From contig CM119267.1 in assembly GCA_051294375.1 (NCBI GenBank), forward strand, positions 12,657,081 through 12,721,080: a stretch of 64,000 bases of DNA, in the 5' to 3' direction. This document shows positions 24,837 to 38,300 of this stretch, one piece after another. Numbering within the stretch: the first letter of the stretch is position 1; every line of letters begins with the position of its first letter. Position numbers and translations under genes: made by a program. Under the pieces are notes generated by a model, which was not told the DNA's origin, made no database searches, and saw only the letters and a program-made list of their open reading frames with translations. This DNA comes from Paraspadella gotoi (lineage: Eukaryota; Animalia; Chaetognatha).

Positions 24837-26101
24837 AGGAGACCGGATCGCCACCAGACCGCACCTCCGCCAACAGTATGAGGGAAGCATTGGAAGCAAA
24901 GCTTCAAACAGCAAGACGAATAACCGCCAGCAGTGGGCACAGGCCAACCCCAAATCTGACTTCGGCGATGGAACGGACCCAGGAGGGTCTCCGAGAGAAA
25001 CCTCGATACCCGGCAACCACCCTCACGCAATTTACAATCGAAGGAGTTGGAAACGTTTTGAACATACCGACCACTATTGTAGATCAGCCACGCCGTACCC
25101 CCTCACCCTTTGGAGGTATGATGCGCCCCAACTTCGGAAGATCTACGATACGAGGGATGGGTGGACGGATAACACCGACGGTTGGGGGGGCTATGCGGTT
25201 GGATGATGAACCAATTGCATCTAGAACNNNNNNNNNNNNNNNNNNNNNNNNNNNNNNNNNNNNNNNNNNNNNNNNNNNNNNNNNNNNNNNNNNNNNNNNN
25301 NNNNNNNNNNNNNNNNNNNNNNNNNNNNNNNNNNNNNNNNNNCCGCAACATACTTTGGCATTCCAGAACCCTCCGACCTCAATACAGGCAACGAGCGGAG
25401 AACCGCCAACTGCAACAACATCGACGTCGACGACCACAATAGCCGTAGGATNNNNNNNNNNNNNNNNNNNNNNNNNNNNNNNNNNNNNNNNNNNNNNNNN
25501 NNNNNNNNNNNNNNNNNNNNNNNNNNNNNNNNNNNNNNNNNNNNNNNNNNNNNNNNNNNNNNNNNNNNNNNNNNNNNNNNNNNNNNNNNNNNNNNNNNNN
25601 NNNNNNNNNNNNNNNNNNNNNNNNNNNNNNNNNNNNNNNNNNNNNNNNNNNNNNNNNNNNNNNNNNNNNNNNNNNNNNNNNNNNNNNNNNNNNNNNNNNN
25701 NNNNNNNNNNNNNNNNNNNNNNNNNNNNNNNNNNNNNNNNNNNNNNNNNNNNNNNNNNNNNNNNNNNNNNNNNNNNNNNNNNNNNNNNNNNNNNNNNNNN
25801 NNNNNNNNNNNNNNNNNNNNNNNNNNNNNNNNNNNNNNNNNNNNNNNNNNNNNNNNNNNNNNNNNNNNNNNNNNNNNNNNNNNNNNNNNNNNNNNNNNNN
25901 NNNNAGCACGACCATTGGCAAACACGATAGCCAATGCGCCGAGGGAGAGCTCTGAGAGTCAAGCGGAAGGATTTGTACCCCCAGCTGATNNNNNNNNNNG
26001 AGTTACTTTCTCAGCGCAAAACAGCCCGTCGGCATCGCATGTTACTTCCTTAGGCGAATGCCTTTCGGCCATTGAAACCTTTACTCAACGACAAAATCAG
26101 G
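24837..26101 (+). pseudogene. gag: Gapped fragment of BEL/Pao 5' gag (third copy)
   Basis: MREALEAKLQTARRITASSGHRPTPN... and MANTIANAPRESSESQAEGF... match 27615-28630 and 41239-41343; N gaps interrupt it. Confidence 0.8.
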
Positions 26102-26869
26102 NNNNNNNNNNNNNNNNNNNNNNNNNAAGACCGAGAAGAAGCCTCCGCCTTCGAAGGGCAACATGTCTCCGATTCGACGAAGGCGTGATGCGAAAATCCG
26201 TTACTACGAGGCGTGATTGAGCGTCAAGCGCAGATGGTTGGAAAGGCTCAAATCTTCTACCAAAGACTCCAATGGGGAACTCGTTCTTGCAGCGAAACGC
26301 GACGCGTTGTCGGCGGAAAAGAAAAAGTGGGTTTTGCTTTTTTGATCTCTTCAACTTTAATCATTATCCTTTGGGAATTGAGTCGCCATTCTCGATTACA
26401 GGTCGCCGAGGAGGCACTGTGCCTCGCCAAGAGAGGCTCAAAATCAAGAAGAGCGGTTGTCGGCTGATGGCGGGAGTTCGATCGCCGAGACGGCCGTCGC
26501 CCGGGTGCTGCTGCTCCTCGGTTTCTCAAACTCAAAAGATAGTATATATTCTCTTTTTGACATTTTATAGTAGTTTAAGAATTTTATCGTTAGCACATTC
26601 CAATCGTGTCTTATTTATTTGTGTTCGTCTACACCGATATTTTTCTCCTTTTTTTTTTTTACCAAAAAGGAAAAAAGAGGCTTTTGGTAATATGTTGCAA
26701 TCTGGTTTTTTTTTTTTTTTACCCGTTTTTGTTGTTTTATTAGTTTTATATCTCAAAACTTTCATAAAGAATCTAAATATTTGTCATTTCGGACTCGGAT
26801 GAAAAAAAATTAGGTAGAAAGAAAAAACGTAGATAGTTTTACTCATTTTAATATACGTACGATAAAAAC

Positions 26870-27352
26870 TGATGAAGATGCCTCCCCTTTTTCTTCATTT
26901 TATTTCATTGTTTCTCTTATTCATTGTACTATATTTCTTTTACTTTAGTGCTTTCGTGTATGCTTTTCTTTTTACTTTAGTTTAATAGTTTACCGGACCC
27001 CGTCTCTAAACGGCTTTTTACGGGCTATGAGCCCCGGCCTTTTCATATCATACACCTTGTCGCCACTTTTAGATACCACGAGCTTAGGGCCATGACCCAC
27101 AAGCACTGTCTGATGATAGACTCGTTGACTCTTGCAAGACGGTGCAACAGGTCTTGACACCCTCAACTTCGACGCTTCAGTCTTCATCACCATCATTACG
27201 GGTCGCGGAGACCGCGGCGTTCCCGGAGGACGTCGACTAGCCGCGCCACTTCCGGCGGAGCGAGGGGAGAGGCTAGGGGCCCACCCAGTACCGGCTGACG
27301 GTCGTCGCAAAGGAGACGTCTCAGGGATCAGGTTCGATACCTATCCGCGACA
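26870..27352 (+). repeat. BEL 5' LTR
   Basis: TGATGAAGATGCCTCCCC...CTATCCGCGACA; direct repeat of 50753-51253. Confidence 0.9.
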
Positions 27353-27363
27353 GTAAAAAGCCG
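27353..27363 (+). promoter_or_regulatory. Non-tRNA primer-binding site complementary to LTR nt 27011-27021 (candidate self-priming PBS)
   Basis: GTAAAAAGCCG directly follows the LTR's terminal CA. Its exact complement CGGCTTTTTAC is at 27011-27021 and 50897-50907. The same 11-mer follows the diverged LTR end at 14194-14204 (minus). Confidence 0.7.
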
Positions 27364-27494
27364 ATAGTCTCCGTTTATATATGATTAGAAATATTATAGA
27401 GTATATTACAGATATGGATGCATGAGATAGAATAATAGATATTCCTTCGTTGGAACATTTATATTTAAAGCTTCTTTTCCTTTGAATCCTCATA

Positions 27495-28630
27495 ATGGTT
27501 CCGCCTTGGAGAACGATGGCTTTCCCCAGAAGAGGAGGAAGTGGCGAACCGACGGAGTTTGCGAGCAACTGAGAGTTCTCTACGGACCTTTCATCGTCTT
27601 TACGACAAAGCCGAGGAGACCGGATCGCCACCAGACCCACCTCCGCAACAGTATGAGGAAGCATTGGAAGCAAAGCTTCAAACGCAAGACGAATAACGCA
27701 GCAGTGGGCACAGGCCAACCCCAATCTGACTTCGGCGATGGAACGGACCCAAAGGCGTCTCCGAGAGAAACCTCGATACCCGGCAACCACCCTCACGCAA
27801 TTTACAATCGAAGGAGTTGAAACGTTTTGAACATACCGACCACTATTGTAGATCAGACCACGCCGTACCCCTCACCCTTTGGAGTATGATGCGCCCCAAC
27901 ATCGGAAGATCTACGATACGAGGGATGGTGGACGGATAACACGACGGTTGGGGGGGCTATGCGGTTGGATGATGAACAATTGCATCTAGGAACCCGATCT
28001 TCTGCGTCGACAGTTCCGCATCCACTACAGCTTTCCTTGACCTTCCACGATAGCTACAATGGACGAGAATCCAAATGTCGTGGGATCATTTCCCCCGGCA
28101 CCACACACCGCAACATACTTGGCATTCCAGAACCCTCCGACCTCACACAGGCAACGAGCGGAGAACCGCCAACAGCAACAACATCGCGTCGACGACCACA
28201 ATAGCCAGAGGATCAACCACGGCCCGACGCCGTCAGTCTTTATAGATACATTCCTACCTCGTTAGTCTTACAGCAGACCCAGGAGAGGGAGGGGAGAAAG
28301 TGCTACAACGAGCTCTTGAGCTACACACAACGAGAGTAGACACTGCAGAGGAAGAATATTCCCTAGAACTGGAACGAATCAGCGGAACCGCGCAGCTCGG
28401 ATAGCGAGCGCGACGGAAAGACGCAATATTGCTCACGGACAGCCGCTGCAGAGGACATGCAATTAAGAGCTCTAGAGGGAGTAAATCGTGAGACCGCGCC
28501 GACCGCAGAGTCGACTGCGCTATGCAGGCAGCAGCGACTTAGCACGACCATGGCAGACACGATAGGCCAATGCGCCGATAGGGAAGAGGCTCTGAGAGCT
28601 AAGCGGAAGATTTGTACCCCCAGCTGATCG
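27495..28630 (+). pseudogene. gag: BEL gag N-terminal part (frameshifted; interrupted by Gypsy)
   Basis: ATG at 27495 is homologous to MASTLEKDGFPQ of the minus copy; the sequence resumes at 41239 after the Gypsy and runs into the gag ORFs. Confidence 0.75.
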
Positions 28631-29010
28631 TGTTGGAGGGATTTTATGTGGATCGCCCAGCGGGCGAAGTGGCTCACGTCAAGGGGAGCTGGAACGCTAT
28701 CGGGATCTCCAGGGCGCCCACCAATCAGGGCTGCAAGCGGACGGCGCTATCGACAGATGCTAAAGTCCTTACTGTATGGATCTGAGAAGATACAGAGGCA
28801 CACAATATGAATGAGGGAGACGCGGACCAAGAACCGTATATTCTGACACATATCATTTATTAATATAGCACGATACTCTTTTCAATAAAAGGAACAGATT
28901 AATAATGATAAGTAATGAAATCAATAAAGATTATTTATAACTGAATGAGTTTAAAAATGTTCGTAGTTTCCATCGAGTCCATCGGCGTCCACGCGAATCC
29001 GTCTCCAACA
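28631..29010 (-). repeat. Gypsy 3' LTR
   Basis: Direct repeat of 40821-41234; TGTTGG/CCAACA termini. Confidence 0.9.
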
Positions 29011-29026
29011 TTCCTTCCCCTTTTCT
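29011..29026 (-). promoter_or_regulatory. Gypsy polypurine tract
   Basis: Minus strand AGAAAAGGGGAAGGAA lies immediately before the 3' LTR TG. Confidence 0.85.
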
Positions 29027-29049
29027 AAATTGGTCGACCCGACCATACA

Positions 29050-32000
29050 CATCAGCGCGAAAAGCGCGCGCAGAATTTAAAGATTACAGGGCCATGATTG
29101 ACCTGTGGAAAAGGGCCGTTGACGGGGGTTGCGCATTTTCCTTGGAAAGTGCAGACCTAACGGACCAAAATGCGCCTCCGGTAACCTTTCTCGAATAGTC
29201 TCCACTGACGCCTCCCAACCGTGTTCCTCGCAACTGTCTCCGCGTCGACACAATTCGTCGGATACCAAGAGAATTCTCGGCGAAGAAGTCGAAAAAGAGG
29301 AACCTTTTTGGAACGTGAAAAAAACGGCGATGCGGAGCAGTATCAAGCATTTTGATCATTTCTGTGTAACGGCGCGATCTTTGTCGGGGAGCGAGTGGAA
29401 ACTTGATAATCGCAAAGAACGGATAGGAAATCGACCGCTCCGTCTTCTCTAAGCCTGGTAACGGGCGATGATACGCGATCGCAAATTCTTCTGCTTTAGG
29501 AGAGCGTTATGGAACTTTTTTCAATTCGGTATTGTTCGTCACTAACCAGACCGGTCGAATCTTTTCCCTCGCAGCCGAACGGGAAGATCGTGAAGCTCTC
29601 GTTGAAGGGAGTGCTGCACGATGGAACGAAGGGAATCAAATTCCGCTGCAGGAAACGTCTTACTAGAAGCACCACGAAGTTCAAAAAGATGTGAGGCGAG
29701 CGGCGAGTGAACTCTGCACTCGCGAAGCGCAGGTTTGGAAAAGTTCATTCTCTCCATCGCAATCGCCTTCATGAGAAATAAACATGTCGTTTGTATCTAT
29801 TTCGCCGCGCAAGAATGAATCCTTAAATGTCGGTACGAGATTTTGCAGATAATACGAAAATAATACCGAGTACAATGGTATTTTGCTGCTTTGAGCAAGT
29901 TCTAATAAAGCGCCAATTCGGTAATTAGAGAACTTTTTCCTAAAAATCGTCCGATGTCGTCATCGAAGATAGAAACCCGTTCCGCGTAATTTCTCAATTA
30001 CTCGGTCCTTTCGTTATACAGAGGGAGATGAATCCGACAACCGAAGCGATTTCCGCTGGTCGAACTGTTGAGCTGCAGCCTTGAGCATATGCGTCTTCGT
30101 CGCTTTCAAGAAATAATCCAGCAAAATCATTGGAGAGCAAGAAAGTATTTGAGCTGAACAGCGAATGCAGGCGGCCGGAACCAAACACTTTCTTGTCGAG
30201 AATGGCCAACATGAATTCGTTCAGGCGTTGGCTTAAAGAAACGCATCATCGCGCGTGCTAGGAAATAGCTTTATGTCGGTATCTGTTTCCTCATGGGGAT
30301 ATACAGAGGATATCGGCCCATTCTTCGATCTTTTTGTAATAGTTAGGGCCTGTTCTTCTTGAGGAACTGGTGAAAATCACGAAAGTGCATTTTCGTTATT
30401 GCACGAGCGCGTCAAGGCCCAAACCGACGCGAAGTCCCTGTCGCATGCCGAGCATGGGGCGGGGTCTCTTCGATCCACTACCTTTCTTTTCTGCTATCGC
30501 TTTGGTTTTTGACATCACAGGGATTTGTTGCGTCTCCGACACATGAGATGGCGATGAATCCAAAGGCTGCTGCTTCATGGCCTTCGCGGTGTCCCGTCAG
30601 GTCGGAATTAGCGTGTTCATCGACCTGAGGAGAGGAAGCAGGCTGGGCAGCGGCAACCATCGTAGGGGAGGCATCAACTCGTCGACCCTGGACTGCGGGA
30701 AAATGAAGATACAACAAGCTCGTGACGTCGATGGCTGAATCGTCCTCGACAAACACGATATCGATCTTCTTCCCCGTACGGATCTCCTTTTAACTTAATG
30801 CGGGATGGCTATCTTATGTTTCTTCAACCGACGAACCATTTCTTCTTTCAGCGTCGGTTATACGCATTTTGAAGAAGGTTCGCCATTCGTTTAGTGCGGC
30901 AATGCCAGTTTCTTCTCGCTTACTACGTGGCTTATTGTCCTCGTACGCCTTCGCAATGTCGAGAATGCAGCCGTTGATTGGGAAGCGGCGTCGCCGATTT
31001 CTCGCGCAAGGGTGCTTGGACGAAATCCAAGCATTCCAACAGGAATGTGACGGCGTCCCGAGATGCTCGTGCGTCGAGTGCAGCATAGAGAGTTGGCGAT
31101 GGACAATGAGGTATCGTCTTCTGCGAGTCGGATCTGATGATCTCTATGGAAGCTTCTTTTATCCAGAAAACGATCCTGAACACAAAATTGAAGAAGTACG
31201 CCAATGAGACCTGGAAATCCTTCAACCCATTGGCCTGTTTGGACGAACGACGAAGTTCGCAGGGGCCTTCCAGCAAGGCTCTGACAGAAGCCATAAAGGT
31301 CTGTTACTCAAGGTATTTTATCCTTTCTGCCTGGAGGGAGAGTTTTTGGCATAACTCTAACATGTCATCTTACGTTCTTGTATAAATATGATATGCAGCA
31401 GAATTTCGCGCAAAAGTTGGGACACCATCGCCACAGGCAAGATTTACCGACTGAACCGACTTAACTGGTAAACGACATTCAGTTCATCATTACCTACTTT
31501 AGCCGACAATGGACAGTCCGCTGCGCTCCCTTCTGTTGTCGAATCCATGATTATGGGCGATCGGTCTGGTAAGGAACGTGTCGAAGCAAACGCACCTACC
31601 TTTTGTCGTCGCCATGACTTCGGACATGAATAATACTCGACGAGGACATACTCTCAAGTTGAGGATTTTCTGCATCTCCTCGAATTCGTAGTCTGATAAC
31701 GAGCTTTATCGGTTGTAATTGTAGTGGCACGTGTTTTTCAACGGCCGGAATGTCGTCCGATATTCACCGACAGCTCTCTAAGATCGACATTATCCGCACC
31801 ATTATCTTCCGCACTTCTGCATCCAGCGATTGAGTGTGACTACCGGAATGGAGATGAGGGGAGAATGAATGAGATCTCAGGGCCGGCCAAGTCGTCGTTT
31901 TCTCGGATCTGGGCCGGTAGACAGCAGGAAATCCAGAGGATTTCCTGAGGCGGCAGAGCAGCAGGAAATCTGGGAAGATTTTCCGCTGATGGGTTTCTTC

Positions 32001-32090
32001 GCGAGCTCACGAGCCAGGGCGTACCAGACACTGCGTAGTTGTCTTTCTCTTGCCATATTTGCCACAACACTTTAAAACTGTATCTGAGTA
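29050..32090 (-). other. Gypsy 3' accessory region with fragmented protein-like ORFs of unknown function
   Basis: GC-richer ~3 kb between pol and the PPT, with a chain of minus-strand ORF fragments (30814-31086, 30478-30756, 29994-30212, 29681-29875, 29542-29772). No domain recognised. Confidence 0.45.
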
Positions 32091-32359
32091 AAATGTTCAA
32101 AGAAGGATTGTTAGATTAAATAGCCTCATATCTCATAAATAAGAAATCACTAACAGCAGAACCTAACAAGCTATAAAGCATTGGTTTATAACCAAGAAAA
32201 ACGAATAAGAAGGATAGAAAGCCTGCAGACTTTAGTTTTAATTCGCATTAATTATTCATAAGCACTTACAAATAATTCATACTTCAACAAAAGAAATAAA
32301 GAAAAAAAACAGAAAAACATTCATACCAACATACATATAGAGGTAAAGATTCCTTTTCA

Positions 32360-35300
32360 TTAGCTCACTTGCCAATGTGTAGTTGTTTCGAGATTCGCAA
32401 ATTAGCTTGGTTTTGAGCTTATGACGTATTGACTGGATCCAATCCTATAGGGTTTGATGCTAAAATCATATCTACTCTGTTCTTAAATCTAGAGCTTAAA
32501 ACTATGTCTGTGATTATTGGATTATCGTATAGAACTGTTTAAACTATATTCACGTTTACTCCTTGTTTTTGGGGAGTACTTGCTAGGCAAAGGGGTTGCT
32601 TAGGTTTTGATCTGATTCTCTCACTTCTTCTTGAAAGTCATGATTTCGGAACTACCTGAATTCAGGTATCCTTTGTACTTCGTTTCTACCTAATGGGATA
32701 GGTGGGGTTGTGTCATCCTTCATGGCTATTCGTTGAAATAAATCTTCTTACTGTAATATATCCTCATTCACGAGTCATTATTCGGTGAAGGGCGAGAAAA
32801 CTTCGTCAAATGATCCCTGTTCGGTTTCTTGAGGGAATCAATAGTAATTGTTTCCTTAATGAGAATCGCATAATTATTTTTCAGAGCGTTTCTAATCTTA
32901 TCATAGCATGAGAATAGTTTGATTGGCTTCACCCAGTACTTTTGCTTTTAGTTTTTGTTATTTTCTCCTAATTCCAATAAGTTGCGGCGTAGAGGTAGAC
33001 GTCTATTTCAGCATGAGCTTAAACCTACGGTTTCACGGCGTTTTCTTCTACATGGTTTGGCTGTTTTCATTCATTTCATTCTGGAGTCGTGTAGCTCTAT
33101 ACTTCCAAGAGTATTATATCAGGATTCGTCCAAAGGTACGGCTTCTGGTGCAGGATCCATAACTCTGTCCAGGGTTCCTCAGGCAGAAACCCACGTAACC
33201 TTGCTGTTTGCAGCCCGAAGGCGCTTGCCACAGCATCCTCCAGGTTTTCTGGAGGGGAAGTCTCGTCCTGCTTCTGTCGGTTGAGTTGGATAACTTCTCA
33301 GCAGACTGGCTCCGGTTGGTATAGGGAAATCTGAGCTCGTGCTTTGAATGCGGTTAATAACTGCAAACCAACTGACTCGGTAATTAACTTCTCTTTCCTT
33401 TGAAGTGAATTTTCATTAGTCATTATATTTCTGCGATTAACGATTTTCAGATTGGTTCCCGATTCTCTACGCATTTCTTCCAATGGTAGTTCTTCCACAA
33501 ACATAGGAAGGTTTCCAGGGCCTCCTCTGGGATTAGACTGCAATACTTTCGTTTAACGGTTAAGGACCACGCCATCTTGGCTCAGTTTATTACGCCTTTC
33601 CTTCTAGGAGAACTCGTTCATACACTCTGATCCTCCAACTTCAAGGTGAGGTCTTTAGCTTTTCTATCTGTAAGTTACTCTCCTTCTTTTGTTCTTCTTT
33701 TCCTTCTCTTCTTGATGCAAGCTCTTTAACTTCGGTTCACCTTTTTTCGCATATTTTGGACATAACTCGCTTCAGGGTCCCGTGGTTTAACTTATAACTT
33801 CGCCAACCAATCGATAATTGTGGCAAAGGAGGTGGTCCTTTCCAAAGAAGAGCAAAAGGTGTCATATCATTTTTTGCAAATTGGTGTGTGGTGTTGTAGA
33901 TCCTGTCGACTAAGGCAGGATGATCTGTCCAGATTGCCATACTGTTTGAGGCGTTTGGTAAGATCTTTTATCGAGAGTTCGGGTTTTGTCTCTCAACATT
34001 GGCCTGAGATTCTGGGCGTATAAGCGGACACTTGTCTTTTCTTTGTGCCGAGGACCTTACATGTAGCGTCCATACTCAGAGACAAAACTCTCCACCCATC
34101 ATCTGATGTCAAGCGTATTAGGCGGCCTGCGAAGCAGACTAGATTCCTCGAACGCTTTCGCAATGCCTATTGATTTTTGTTTTTTAAGTTGTACAATCAT
34201 TGATATATCCAGAAAAACACATCTTTGATACCAACACGATGTTTGAAGTTTCCAGGGGCAACTGGCCCAGTTGCACCAAATCGCAGATCACGTGGTCAAA
34301 CACGTTATCGGGCAATATATAGGTTGTAACATTGCTTTTCTTGAAACCTCTTGGTTTGCGGTTCTCGTAATTTGTCACCAATTGCACAATTTCTGGTAAA
34401 TCTGAAACATTCTCGGCCAATAGTGGGCCAGACTTAGCATATCGTTTATTTTATCTTGCATCCTAGTTAATTGCTTGCATTGTCCAGACATCATAGAACC
34501 ATGAGAATCCTGAAGAAGCTTCTTTGCACACAGGCCTGCTTCGGGTAATACAAGCCTGCAGCACAGGAGAATAATACCTTTATGAAGCCTTTGCTGGTAC
34601 AAAGCACTTGAGCAAGATGAAATCTATTAAAATTTCTCAAAAACCCTTTTCAGAAAGAAATGAATTTCGTGTCTCTCTTCTCATCCCTGAACAAATTCCA
34701 TAACCTTAGAAATTATTAGATCGGGCTTTCTTGTCTCTGTTTTCAAACAAAGCTTTCGGCATCTAAGCGTGACAACATTAGGATTATCTAATCGCATCAT
34801 GCCTAAAAAGAGCCCACTTCAGTTTGTCGCTTTATACTCCTTTGTGCGTAATCGTCTTATTCGCAAGGTCTGCGTTTTTCACCTCTCCTGCTCAATTGCA
34901 TCTGCAATCAGAATGTATTTTGCCTTTGATTTATGTAGGAGCTCGCATCATATTGATTCACAGCTCTGATAGGCCATCTGGCTCCTTCTTCCAGCTAGCT
35001 ACACTCTTAGCGCATCTAACCCCCTTTTTTTCTTCTTTTCCAAAGAAAGATAAAGGCTCATGGCTTCTGTTATTGCGATAAATCTGCCTGTACTCAAATA
35101 ACTGAGTTGGCGCGAAATCGCACATAGAGAGCAAAAATCTCGATCATAGGTGGTACCATTTTTGTTGAGGTTTTGACATTTTCTTTGAACCATAAGAAAT
35201 GAACCTTTTCTCTTTCCCATCTATCTTCTGGGTTAGCACATTAACCCAACAGCCAGGAAGAGAGTGCCTCACTTTTAACAATACAAGTGTTTTTCAAAAT

Positions 35301-38300
35301 TAGGATAAGACATGATTTTGATACTTGAGATACAAATTATGATCTGAGTTGTTCAAAGCTTTTGATGTACATCTTTCCAGACCATCAACACCATCAGGGT
35401 AAGGTCTAGAGAGTGGTTGAGCAATTACTTACTGTCAATCTTTAACATAATGGCGGATAGTATCCCGTAAGCCCAAGAAACGTATTTACAGGCGTTCTAC
35501 GTCTTCAGGGGCTTTCACTATGTAACGGACTTTTTTCCACATTGGCAGGATCCTGGGGCTTATTCCGTTCTTCGAGAAAGGTTATACTGTCCAAGACATA
35601 CCACAGTTCCTGCCGCAAATTTGCACTTTGAAGGCTCTGAGCATTAAGACCCAGCACCTTCCAAGGCAGTCAGCACCTGATCCAAGTGTTTTGAGGTGAA
35701 TTCCTCCTGTTGTTGTCATGGCCAACCAGAATATCATCATGTAACTGAATGATATTTGTTTGTGGGGCGCAACCCGACGCAGCACGAGCTGCATGAGTGA
35801 GCTAAGGCCAGCTTGGGGAAATTTTTAGCAACCCATTGAGCAACTTGCATCTCAATGCCTTGATTCGGTTGAGAAAGCAAAAAATTTGCGGGTCGTCGCG
35901 GGCGTGAATAGGCATTCTGCCCAAAACCCTTTGGTTAAAGTCCAGAGCATGTGAAGATTTTTAGAGGCGTGTCGAGGCGCTGAATGAGTCTTTCAATCCT
36001 TGGGCAACGGTATAACACCTTATTGCATCTTTCGTTCAACTTTCTTCTAAAATCGGTAGAACAGAAATCTCCAACCACCAGACTTTCATCTTAATCAACA
36101 AGATAGGAGCTGAATACTGCGGCTGGTTTGAATGACTAATTCAAGGTCCAGTCAGCAATCATCTCGAATGCCTTGTTTGTTGATCACATCACGCATCTCT
36201 GTCTTGTACGGCGTTATGGAGGCAACAGCCAATGGGTGGAGACATCTCTATCTTTGGATTAGCTCGGTATATGTATATAGATTTGTCCTCCCATTAATCC
36301 CTGTTATGTTTAGAGGAATGCTTCATCTCGTCATTTTACTTTCAAAAGTTTGAAGTCTTCTTGTTTTAATAGGGGAGCGCCTCCTTAGCCATATTTTTGT
36401 ATCGATAGACACACTTTCTTGGCGTCCTGGTGGAATAATTTATCTATCCACTTCTTTGGTGAAGCTTTGGGTGAAGCTTCTGCTTTTCTTTAAAGAATCC
36501 TGAGGAGGATCCACATTCAACCCCTCTTCTAAGTCAGTCTTTCGATTCCAGATTGCTTCATCTTACGCCAATTTCATAGGCGGAGTCTCCACTATGAGTA
36601 GAGCAGAGCATATCACGTTTCAAAGAAAAATATGTCAAACGTCTCACTCATCCGTAAACTTCGGCACTAACCAGAGATATGTCCAGCCCCTCAGTTTTCA
36701 TACTGACCTGGACCCAATGATTGAGTTAGTCCATCGAATCTGCCCCCATCAACGTAGGCACATGCTCTACCAGCCCACACGTGGACCTCCATGAATTGAG
36801 AAATGGGTCCAGTGACAATTGTTTTTTGTCGCTCGGGGGCATGACACTGTCAAGCTTAAGTTCTTGGCATCGAGTGAATCTTGATAACGGCCGGGATAAC
36901 TGTCTCGCGGCACATTGGTTGACAGAAGCAGGTCCAGAAATACGATGAGATACCTCTATTAATGGATGACCGAGCTGGTTTCCGTAGAAACCCGTACGTC
37001 GTCCTTCAGAGGGCCACAAAGATCTGAAATTACAGAAAAAAGTCCCACCAAAGAATAACTGGCTGAACCTAGGCCCTACTACTTACAATTTCATTCAAGA
37101 TCACGTATTATCTTATTTCTAAACTTATACGTTAACTATGCCACTGTAATGTACACGCGTTCCATTGATTGGCTTTGCCCTTAGAGAAGGATATGTTTGC
37201 GGAAAGCTACGATCCTTATATGGGCGGGATTTGTCTCTTAAGAAATTTCCTCACTAGTCTGCAACTCTTTGTACAGCCGGATATCAGCCTAAGCTGTGGC
37301 GACCTTCTTACCATCTATTTTATCCAAAACTCAGCTTTCCATTTAGGTTTTTATATCTAGGTTCTCATCAATTTCGATCTCTGCTTGAAGCCCATAGCAA
37401 GGATCGCTTCCTTACGTCTTCGATGACAGTTTCGGAATGGAGGAGGATTCTTTTTCTGCCTTTTCTGGCCTTTCTCCGATTCACTCAGAAATTGCGCCTG
37501 AGGCCTCTTCTCTACTTTGGTTTTCACGCCTGTCTTCATCTGAAGTGTTGGCTGTACGCATATCTCTTCACGATTACGGGTCATATCACAGATCGTCTCT
37601 GACGATTTACTCGATTCCCTTTGCCGATAATCCTGTTTTTTCGGTCACTCGACGAATCATCACGCAGGCGACTGCCCCAGATTCGCGATCACACGTACCG
37701 GTATATAGCCGACGTTTCATTTCACGGCCATAATTGATCAACGGCTGCGACTGTCACGACTATCGTACGCTACTTGCTATCCTACTAACCAACTTCTTTC
37801 CCAAGATGATGACTTTCGTTTACGACCACGTCGGTCTGCTCTCGACTACTAGGAATTAGAAGAACAGCAGAGGAGTCGCGGCGCTAGGAGAATACGTCTC
37901 TACTACCACGACTCTCTATCCCTATCTTTCTCTTCTCCTACGATCTTGCTTGAGCGGTCCGAAGCCTAGGTTCTTCAAATTTTGTAGACAAACAGCGACG
38001 GCATACGCTCGGATTCGCAAGGCGGTCGTACCGACCTTGGCAAGCTTCCAGTAAAGGCTACAGGAATCTTTCAAAGGTTTCTGATACACCCAGAATCTAC
38101 CTTCCTTGAGTGATCTGAACACGCCAGGCGCTCACTTTTTCGCTGCCATTAATTGTGCGTGAATCCTTCATTCACAGCGACCTAAGTCAATAGCAATTCC
38201 CGGTAGGCTTAGCAGAGCTCTCCGAAAATCTGACAAGAAACAGCTCCCGGGGCTCTCGCATGCGCCAACCTACAATCCTTTCTACGTATTTGTTGACTTT

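Noticed and set aside
24693-25962. Long ORFs spanning N runs (also 58364-58996)
   Set aside because: Their length is an artefact of untranslatable gaps.
26127-26520. Host exons with a GT-AG intron near 26327-26401
   Set aside because: It follows an N gap, the frames are short and broken, and no homology is recognisable.
27353-27375. BEL PBS as complement of a 5S rRNA or tRNA 3' end
   Set aside because: No TGG, and only GGCTTTT resembles a Pol III 3' end; the 11-nt match to the element's own LTR is exact. A host small-RNA search is still needed.
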